The notes under the pieces were generated by a model. That model had not been told where the DNA came from. It worked only from the letters and a program-made list of their open reading frames with translations, and did not search any database. From Desulfurellales bacterium (lineage in GTDB: Bacteria; Campylobacterota_A; Desulfurellia; Desulfurellales; Hippeaceae), in assembly GCA_027014115.1 (NCBI GenBank), contig JALWEJ010000089.1, positions 8,015 to 72,014 of the forward strand: 64,000 nt of DNA, in the 5' to 3' direction. Both the position numbers and the translations under genes were made by a program. This document shows positions 57,236-64,000 of the stretch, one piece after another; the stretch's first letter is position 1; the number at the start of each line of letters is the position of its first letter.

Positions 57236-58750
57236 TTACTCGCCCGCCGGAAGAATTCCGAGTATTTCCATCTCTCTATCTGTCAAATCAATGCCTCTTA
57301 AATTCAATCTGTTGCCTCTTAGAGATTCTATTGAATTGATACCCATAGCACCCATCGTCTCTTTTATCTCAAGCGCCCAAACTTTCAGAAGATTTATAAG
57401 CCTTTCGCTTGCTATATCGGGATTTACCCTTTTTGACAGATGAGGATCCTGTGTGGTTATACCCCAGGCACACTTTCCCGTATGGCACTGTTGACACATC
57501 GTGCAACCTATGGCAAGAAGTGCTGCTGTTCCTATATACACAGCATCTGCACCAAGCGCTATCGCCTTTACCGCATCCATTGAATTTCTTATACCACCGC
57601 TTGCAACAATTGACACATCCTGTCTAATTCCTTCATTTCTTAATCTTTCATCAACAACTGCCAAAGCAAATTCTATAGGCAAACCAACATTATCCCTAAT
57701 AACCTGTGGAGATGCTCCCGTTCCACCTTTAAATCCATCAATACACAAAATATCGGCACCCGCTCTTGCAACACCACTTGCAATAGCCGCAACATTATGA
57801 ACAGCGGCTATTTTAACAATAACAGGTTTTGTATACTCTGTTGCTTCTTTTAGAGCATATATGAGCTGCCTTAAATCCTCAATAGAATAAACATCATGAT
57901 GAGGAGCAGGAGATATTGCATCTGAGCCTTGAGGCATCATTCTCGTTTCCGATATGGTCTCTGTCACCTTTTCGCCTGGTAAATGACCACCAATTCCCGG
58001 TTTTGCGCCCTGTCCTATTTTAATCTCTATTGCACTGCCAACATCAAGATACGGTTTGTGCACACCAAATCTTCCACTTGCAACCTGAACTATAATATTG
58101 CCTTTAAATTTATAGTGATCTTTGTTTAGTCCGCCCTCTCCGGAGTTATAGAATGTTCCCATTTCTCTTGCTGCTCTACCCAAAGCTTCAACAACATTGT
58201 AACTCAAAGCACCATAACTCATAGCTGCAAACATTATAGGTATGTCAATCTCAAGCTGTGGTGATAATATTGTTTTTAAGGCATCATCACCAATTTCTAT
58301 ATTATGAGGTTTTTTACCCAAAAATGTTTTTAATTCCATAGGTTCCCTCAAAGGGTCTATTGAGGGGTTAGTTACCTGAGATGCATTGAGAAGAATGTGG
58401 TCCCAGTATATCTTATAGGGTTTGTCATTACCCATTGAAACAACAGGCGTTCCACCAAAGATCGCTCTTTTTTTCAAACTGTCTATATGAGATTCCCAAC
58501 TGTAATTACGTCTGTAGCTATAATCCCGTTTTTCTATGGTTATAGCCTCTGTCGGACATATTGCGGCACATCTATTACAGCTTACGCAATTTGCATCCCA
58601 ATTCCAAACCCTGTTCTCCTCTTCATCGTAAAATGTAGCATCAAAAGAGCATTGCTCCACACAAGCCTTACACCTTATACATCTATAATCATCTCTGATT
58701 ACAGTAAATGCAGGAGGTGTATAGGTTTTTAAATTCTTCATCCACTTCAC
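57236..58750 (-). CDS. glutamate synthase FMN-binding central-domain subunit with an N-terminal 2x[4Fe-4S] ferredoxin domain
   Basis: 504-aa ORF. CIRCKACVEQC and CVSCNRCAAICP are followed by the Glu_synthase core (IKIGQGAKPGIGGHLPG, DGFKGGTGASP, ASGGIRN). Confidence 0.9.
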   Translation of the reverse strand: MKWMKNLKTYTPPAFTVIRDDYRCIRCKACVEQCSFDATFYDEEENRVWNWDANCVSCNRCAAICPTEAITIEKRDYSYRRNYSWESHIDSLKKRAIFGGTPVVSMGNDKPYKIYWDHILLNASQVTNPSIDPLREPMELKTFLGKKPHNIEIGDDALKTILSPQLEIDIPIMFAAMSYGALSYNVVEALGRAAREMGTFYNSGEGGLNKDHYKFKGNIIVQVASGRFGVHKPYLDVGSAIEIKIGQGAKPGIGGHLPGEKVTETISETRMMPQGSDAISPAPHHDVYSIEDLRQLIYALKEATEYTKPVIVKIAAVHNVAAIASGVARAGADILCIDGFKGGTGASPQVIRDNVGLPIEFALAVVDERLRNEGIRQDVSIVASGGIRNSMDAVKAIALGADAVYIGTAALLAIGCTMCQQCHTGKCAWGITTQDPHLSKRVNPDIASERLINLLKVWALEIKETMGAMGINSIESLRGNRLNLRGIDLTDREMEILGILPAGE

Positions 58751-58782
58751 TTTCTTTCTCCTTAATGTATAATAGGATTTAC

Positions 58783-58811
58783 ATAATATAAAAATAGCTA
58801 TCTATTGTCAA
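58783..58811 (-). promoter_or_regulatory. candidate sigma70 promoter of the glutamate synthase operon
   Basis: Minus strand reads TTGACA (58811-58806), a 17-nt spacer, then TATTAT (58788-58783). Confidence 0.45.
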
Positions 58812-58836
58812 TATTCAGTCGTAACTTAATTATTTA

Positions 58837-58865
58837 TTGACATTTTAATTAAATACAGGTATTAG
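58837..58865 (+). promoter_or_regulatory. candidate sigma70 promoter of the methylmalonyl-CoA mutase operon
   Basis: TTGACA (58837-58842), a 17-nt spacer, then TATTAG (58860-58865), 40 nt upstream of the ATG. Confidence 0.45.
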
Positions 58866-58905
58866 TTATTAGATTTTCATATAAAAATTAAAAAGGAGGA
58901 CCATT

Positions 58906-61077
58906 ATGTCTTTCAAGCAAACAACCAAAGAAGAATGGAAGAATTTGGCAAAAAAAGAATTAAAGGGTAGAGATATACAAACTCTTATCTGGGAATCACC
59001 CGAGGGTATAGATATTCAACCACTATACACTGCTGAGGATTTGGAAAAGCTTGAGTATTTGGATACTTTTCCGGGTTTTCCGCCGTTTATTAGAGGGCCA
59101 AAGGCAACAATGTATGCAGGTAGGCCCTGGACAATCAGGCAGTATGCCGGTTTTTCTACAGCAGAGGAATCAAATGCCTTCTATAAAAGAAATTTGGCTC
59201 AAGGACAGCAGGGACTTTCTGTTGCATTCGATTTGGCAACACACAGAGGATATGATTCAGACCATTCACGCGTTGTGGGCGATGTCGGAAAAGCCGGTGT
59301 TGCCATAGATTCCGTTGAGGATATGAAAATACTCTTTGATGATATACCATTGGATAAAGTATCTGTATCAATGACAATGAACGGTGCGGTTTTACCGATA
59401 ATGGCAGGCTATATAGTTGCAGCAGAAGAACAGGGTGTAACGCAGGAAAAACTTGCAGGAACAATACAAAACGACATATTAAAAGAATTTATGGTTAGAA
59501 ATACATACATATACCCACCAAGACCGTCAATGAGAATAATTGCCGACATAATAGAATACACAAGCAAATACATGCCAAAATTTAATTCTATCAGCATAAG
59601 CGGATATCATATTCAGGAGGCGGGCGCAAATGCCACTCTCGAGCTTGCATTTACTCTTGCAGACGGACTTGAATATGTAACAACAGCTCTTTCCAAAGGA
59701 CTCGATGTGGACGCATTTGCTCCGAGATTATCCTTCTTCTTTGGTGTAGGAATGAACTTCTTTATGGAAATAGCAAAATTGAGAGCAGCGAGATTTTTAT
59801 GGTCAAAACTTATGAGCCAGTTCAACCCCAAAGACCACCGCTCCATGTCACTAAGAACACACTGCCAGACATCAGGCTGGAGTTTAACGGCACAGCAGCC
59901 GTACAACAACATCATAAGAACAACAATTGAGGCAATGGCAGCAGTTCTTGGCGGAACACAATCACTGCACACAAATGCACTCGATGAGGCAATAGCTCTT
60001 CCGACAGATTTTTCGGCAAGAATCGCAAGAAACACACAAATTATTATTCAAGAAGAAAGCAACGTATGTAAAACCGTAGACCCGCTTGCAGGTTCGTATT
60101 ATATTGAATCACTGACACATGCCCTTATAAACGAGGCTTCAAAAATTCTTGATGAGGTCGAAGAGCTTGGTGGTATGACTAAAGCGATTGAATCAGGTAT
60201 GCCAAAATTGAGAATTGAGGAATCAGCAGCAAAAAGACAGGCTTTAATTGACAACAAAGAATATGTAATAGTGGGTGTAAACAAATACACCATATCCGAA
60301 GAAGAAGACGAAACGGTTGAGGTTTTAGATATAGACAATACAGCCGTTAGAGAAAAACAGATAGCACGATTAAAAAAGATAAAAGAAAAACGTGACAACG
60401 GTAAAGTTCAAAAGGCTTTGGATAAATTAACAAAGGCAGCACAAAACGGAGATGGTAATCTTTTGGAACTTAGTGTTGAAGCAGCAAGACTTAGGGCAAC
60501 CGTTGGAGAAATATCATATGCACTTGAAAAAGTATACGGCAGATACCAACCGGAAATAAAGCTGGTATCAGGAGCATACGGAAGTATGCTTGAAGATAAC
60601 AACGAATTTAACGAAATCAAAAAAGAAATTGAAGAATTTGAGAAAGCAGAGGGAAGAAGACCGAGAATTTTGATAGCAAAAATGGGGCAGGACGGACACG
60701 ACAGAGGAGCAAAGGTCGTAGCTACAGCCTATGCGGATATGGGTTTTGATGTTGACGTTGGACCTCTATTTCAAACACCCGATGAGGCTGCAAAAATGGC
60801 TGTTGAAAATGATGTTCATGCAGTAGGTGCATCATCTTTGGCAGCAGGACATAAAACACTTGTTCCACAACTCATTGAAGAGTTAAAAAAACTTGATGCT
60901 GACGACGATATAATTGTTTTTGCAGGCGGAGTTATACCGAGACAGGATTATAATTATCTGTATAATGCCGGAGTTGCCGCAATATTCGGACCAGGAACCA
61001 GCCTAATAGAATCAGCAAGAGAAGTTTTAAAAGCAGTTAAAGAAAAAAGAACACCGAAACAGATTTTAAACAAATAA
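58906..61077 (+). CDS. methylmalonyl-CoA mutase, single-chain (catalytic TIM barrel fused to a B12-binding domain)
   Basis: 723-aa [50 protein letters not shown] carries the Tyr and [11 protein letters not shown] the Arg that are characteristic of MCM rather than ICM. The C-terminal DxHxxG motif is [17 protein letters not shown] lies upstream. Confidence 0.92.
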   Translation: MSFKQTTKEEWKNLAKKELKGRDIQTLIWESPEGIDIQPLYTAEDLEKLEYLDTFPGFPPFIRGPKATMYAGRPWTIRQYAGFSTAEESNAFYKRNLAQGQQGLSVAFDLATHRGYDSDHSRVVGDVGKAGVAIDSVEDMKILFDDIPLDKVSVSMTMNGAVLPIMAGYIVAAEEQGVTQEKLAGTIQNDILKEFMVRNTYIYPPRPSMRIIADIIEYTSKYMPKFNSISISGYHIQEAGANATLELAFTLADGLEYVTTALSKGLDVDAFAPRLSFFFGVGMNFFMEIAKLRAARFLWSKLMSQFNPKDHRSMSLRTHCQTSGWSLTAQQPYNNIIRTTIEAMAAVLGGTQSLHTNALDEAIALPTDFSARIARNTQIIIQEESNVCKTVDPLAGSYYIESLTHALINEASKILDEVEELGGMTKAIESGMPKLRIEESAAKRQALIDNKEYVIVGVNKYTISEEEDETVEVLDIDNTAVREKQIARLKKIKEKRDNGKVQKALDKLTKAAQNGDGNLLELSVEAARLRATVGEISYALEKVYGRYQPEIKLVSGAYGSMLEDNNEFNEIKKEIEEFEKAEGRRPRILIAKMGQDGHDRGAKVVATAYADMGFDVDVGPLFQTPDEAAKMAVENDVHAVGASSLAAGHKTLVPQLIEELKKLDADDDIIVFAGGVIPRQDYNYLYNAGVAAIFGPGTSLIESAREVLKAVKEKRTPKQILNK

Positions 61078-62051
61078 TGAACACAAAGCAATTATCAAAA
61101 AGTCTTTTGTCCGGCCAAAGGAAAGCTCTGGCTAAAGCTATAACATTGATAGAGAGCAAAAATCACAACCACAAAAAAGAGGCAAAGACTCTTCTTGAAT
61201 CTATACTTCCACACTCGGGAAATTCTATAAGAATAGGTATAAGTGGCGTGCCGGGTGTTGGAAAAAGCACCCTTATAGAAACATTCGGAATGTTTTTGAT
61301 AGAACAGGGTTATAAGGTTGCCGTTTTGGCAGTTGATCCCAGCTCACATATAACAGGCGGTTCTATTCTGGGCGATAAAACAAGAATGGAGATACTCTCA
61401 AGACAAGAAAACGCCTTCATAAGACCCTCGCCCTCAGGCGATTCTTTAGGTGGTGTTGCAAGAAAAACAAGAGAGAGTATATTTTTATGTGAAGCAAACG
61501 GATATGATGTTGTCATCGTGGAAACAGTCGGCGTCGGACAATCCGAGGTTGCTGTGGCATCCATGGTGGATTTTTTTCTTTTGATGCAGCTGCCAAATGC
61601 AGGGGACGAGCTTCAGGGGATAAAACGTGGTATAATGGAGGTTGCAAACGCTATAGTGATAAACAAAGCAGATAAAGACAACCATCAAAGAGCATCTCTT
61701 TCCAAAAAACAACTTGAAAATGCCCTGCACATTCTCAGACCATTGGATAACAACTGGATTGTTCCTGTACTGCTGGTTAGTGCTTTAGAAAAAACAGGCA
61801 TTAAAGAACTCTGGAATGTTGTAAACGATTATGTTAAAATGCAAAAAAAGAGTGGTTATTTTTATGCAAAAAGAAAAAAACAAGCAAAGGATTGGATGTG
61901 GAGTGTTGTTATGGAAGGCTTAAAAGATATGCTGTTCTTGGATGAGGATATATCAAAAATCTCAAAAGAAATGGAAAAAGCCGTAGAAAACAGCATAACT
62001 ACACCGTCACTTGCGGCTGAAAAAATTTTAACGGCATTTAAAAAATGTTAA
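61077..62051 (+). CDS. meaB: methylmalonyl-CoA mutase-associated GTPase MeaB/ArgK
   Basis: 324-aa ORF with a P-loop (GVPGVGKSTL), ETVGVGQSE and the NKAD G4 motif. Its start overlaps the mutase stop. Confidence 0.92.
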   Translation: MNTKQLSKSLLSGQRKALAKAITLIESKNHNHKKEAKTLLESILPHSGNSIRIGISGVPGVGKSTLIETFGMFLIEQGYKVAVLAVDPSSHITGGSILGDKTRMEILSRQENAFIRPSPSGDSLGGVARKTRESIFLCEANGYDVVIVETVGVGQSEVAVASMVDFFLLMQLPNAGDELQGIKRGIMEVANAIVINKADKDNHQRASLSKKQLENALHILRPLDNNWIVPVLLVSALEKTGIKELWNVVNDYVKMQKKSGYFYAKRKKQAKDWMWSVVMEGLKDMLFLDEDISKISKEMEKAVENSITTPSLAAEKILTAFKKC

Positions 62052-62064
62052 AAAGGAGGCTACC

Positions 62065-62499
62065 ATGAAAAAACTCTTTATAATGTTTATAGGTTTGGCA
62101 TTTACTCTGACAATGATTTCATCATGTGCAACAGAATCTGAAAATGTGGCACTCGGCACAGCAGCTGGAGCTGCAATAGGAGCAAGTGTCTCACACGATA
62201 AATGGAAAGGTGCCGTCATAGGCGGAATTATAGGAGCAGTTGCAGGTGAAGCCTATCATCAAATTCAACAGCAGGCAATCAATGAGGCAGTAGCAAAGCA
62301 GCAGCCTGTGGCTTACCAAAGACAAACAAATAAAGGATGGGAGAGGGTTGAGGCAGACCCAATATCAAACCAGTATTACAACCCAAGCAGACACACAACC
62401 TGCCAAAAAGTTCATGTAAGAATTATCGAAAATGGTAGATTGGTAAAAGACAGAATTAAAGAGGTTTGCAAAGGCACTAAGGAAACAGATGAATATTAA
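62065..62499 (+). CDS. glycine-zipper lipoprotein
   Basis: 144-aa ORF with a lipobox (MISSC) and a glycine zipper (GTAAGAAIGA...GAVIGGIIGAVAGEA). Confidence 0.7.
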   Translation: MKKLFIMFIGLAFTLTMISSCATESENVALGTAAGAAIGASVSHDKWKGAVIGGIIGAVAGEAYHQIQQQAINEAVAKQQPVAYQRQTNKGWERVEADPISNQYYNPSRHTTCQKVHVRIIENGRLVKDRIKEVCKGTKETDEY

Positions 62500-62514
62500 A
62501 AGGGGTGTAAAAAC

Positions 62515-62916
62515 ATGCTTAAACAGATAGACCATATTGGTATTGCCGTAAAAAATCTTGAAGAAACTATAAAGCTTTACAAAAATATAATGGGGCTTGA
62601 ACTGATTGAGCAAGAAGAGGTTGAATCCCAAAAAGTCAAGGTTGCAAAATTTGATATAAACGGTGTGCATATAGAATTTTTAGAACCAACTGCACCCGAT
62701 AGCCCCATTGCAAAATTTATAGAAAAAAAGGGTGAAGGCTTGCACCATATTGCATATATGACAGACAATATAAATAAAGAACTTGAGAATTTAAAATCAA
62801 AGGGTATCAAACTAATAAACGAAGAGTCTTTTGATGGTGCAAGCGGAGTTAAAGTTGCATTTGTCCACCCGAAATCTAGTATTGTTTTGACTGAACTTGT
62901 AGGTAAAGGAGAATAG
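62515..62916 (+). CDS. methylmalonyl-CoA epimerase (VOC superfamily)
   Basis: 133-aa ORF (IDHIGIAVKNLEE..., HIEFLEP, GLHHIAY, AFVHPKS) in the context of the mutase and MeaB genes. Confidence 0.88.
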   Translation: MLKQIDHIGIAVKNLEETIKLYKNIMGLELIEQEEVESQKVKVAKFDINGVHIEFLEPTAPDSPIAKFIEKKGEGLHHIAYMTDNINKELENLKSKGIKLINEESFDGASGVKVAFVHPKSSIVLTELVGKGE

Positions 62917-62920
62917 ATAG

Positions 62921-64000
62921 ATGCAGGAAAGACCACTTAAAGCCGTTGTTATAGGCGGAGATGCAGCAGGAATGAGTGCTGCAAGCCAGATAAAAAGACG
63001 CATAAAAAGTGCGGAAGTTATCGTTCTGGAAAAAACAAAGGATGTATCATACGGAGCCTGCAGCATGCCGTACAACATAGGATACGATTTAGACGTTGAA
63101 GAACTTATTGTTATGAGTGCACAGGATTTTAAAGAAAAACGCGGCATAGATGTCAGGATACTCAACGAAGCCACTTCCATCAATCCAACAAGCAATAAGG
63201 TTTTTGTAAATAATACAGCAACAGGAAGAAACTACGAGCTTGAGTACGATTACCTTGTGATAGCAACAGGCGCCAGAGCAACACTGCCAAACATAGAAGG
63301 CATTTATAATGATGGAGTATTCAAATTAAAAACGCTTGACGATGTAAGAGCGATAAAAAAATACATCAAAGAAAAAAATCCGAAGAAATGCGTATTGATA
63401 GGTGCAGGCTTTATCAACCTTGAGGTTGCAGACAATTTCAAAAGAGCAGGAATAGAAGATATAACAATGCTTAAACGAAGCAGTACCGTAATGAGCGAAT
63501 TTGAAGATGAGGTCAATGAAAAGCTTATGGAAGTGCTCGAAAAAAACGGTGTTAAGCTCGTAACAGGCGTAGATTTAAAAGAAATAGACGGATTAACCGT
63601 AAAGACAAATAAAGGCGATTTTGAATCTGACATAATCAATATAGGCATGGGATTTACACCAAACACAGAATTGCTTGAGGGTTCTGGAGTTGAGATTGAC
63701 AAAACAAGCTCAGCTGTTGTTGTTGATAGATACTTCAAGACCAATATAGATAACATATATTCAGGCGGTGACTGCGCATTACTATACCACAGAATACTTG
63801 ATAAAAATATCTACCTGCCAAGCGGAAACAATGCAAACAAATCGGGAAAGACAGCCGGTGCAAACATAGCCGGTGCAAATGAGAAATTTGCAGGCGTTGT
63901 AGGCACAAGGGCATTTGAAACATTCGGGCTTGCAGTAGGCAAAACAGGTCTTTCGCTAAAAGAGGCGGAAAATGCAGGATTTGACGCTTTCAAAACCGTA
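62921..64000 (+). CDS. FAD-dependent pyridine nucleotide-disulfide oxidoreductase, CoA-disulfide reductase/NADH oxidase family (partial; runs off the window end)
   Basis: My translation from the ATG at 62921 reads MQERPLKAVVIGGDAAGMSAASQIKRR...DVSYGACSMPYNIG (single redox Cys context)...VLIGAGFINLEVA...YSGGDCA. The frame is open through position 64000. Confidence 0.8.
   Translation, partial: MQERPLKAVVIGGDAAGMSAASQIKRRIKSAEVIVLEKTKDVSYGACSMPYNIGYDLDVEELIVMSAQDFKEKRGIDVRILNEATSINPTSNKVFVNNTATGRNYELEYDYLVIATGARATLPNIEGIYNDGVFKLKTLDDVRAIKKYIKEKNPKKCVLIGAGFINLEVADNFKRAGIEDITMLKRSSTVMSEFEDEVNEKLMEVLEKNGVKLVTGVDLKEIDGLTVKTNKGDFESDIINIGMGFTPNTELLEGSGVEIDKTSSAVVVDRYFKTNIDNIYSGGDCALLYHRILDKNIYLPSGNNANKSGKTAGANIAGANEKFAGVVGTRAFETFGLAVGKTGLSLKEAENAGFDAFKTV

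Noticed and set aside
58751-58905. A cobalamin riboswitch upstream of the B12-dependent mutase gene.
   Set aside because: The 155-nt divergent intergenic region is AT-rich, is occupied by two promoter candidates, and is too short and unstructured for a B12 element.

Overview
This is a visibly AT-rich, gene-dense chromosomal segment from a diderm (secretin-encoding) bacterium. I call about 60 CDS, 2 tRNAs and 2 candidate small RNAs. I see no rRNA, CRISPR array, transposase or integrase. Most of the window is housekeeping: pheST, the rplT-rpmI-infC-thrS block, rpsA, pyrK/pyrD, greA, carB, smpB, fbp, trkAH, lysS-prfB, tilS, prmC, rny-ymdB, a methylmalonyl-CoA mutase/MeaB/epimerase cluster and a split archaeal-type glutamate synthase operon.

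The non-routine content:
1. A ten-gene MSHA-type type IV pilus operon at 37690-47791 on the minus strand, with shuffled gene order and an ATPase carrying a tandem MshEN c-di-GMP-binding motif.
2. A separate pilMNOPQ operon at 20646-25444, translationally coupled to a 1125-aa Big_1/BNR surface lipoprotein.
3. A fusion of a nucleosidase-like domain to a spore-photoproduct-lyase-like radical SAM domain.
4. A MazF-like toxin with an unrecognisable acidic partner, wedged between menG/ubiE and prfB.
5. A 6S RNA candidate in the classic position upstream of 5-formyl-THF cyclo-ligase.
6. A second stand-alone CU-rich small RNA candidate between ftn and fbp.

Recoding and odd-start events are visible directly: a prfB +1 frameshift site and an infC non-AUG start. 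A lineage guess (a deep-branching, anaerobic or thermophilic diderm such as a Deferribacterota-like organism) is inference only. All family assignments come from motif recognition by eye, not from database searches.
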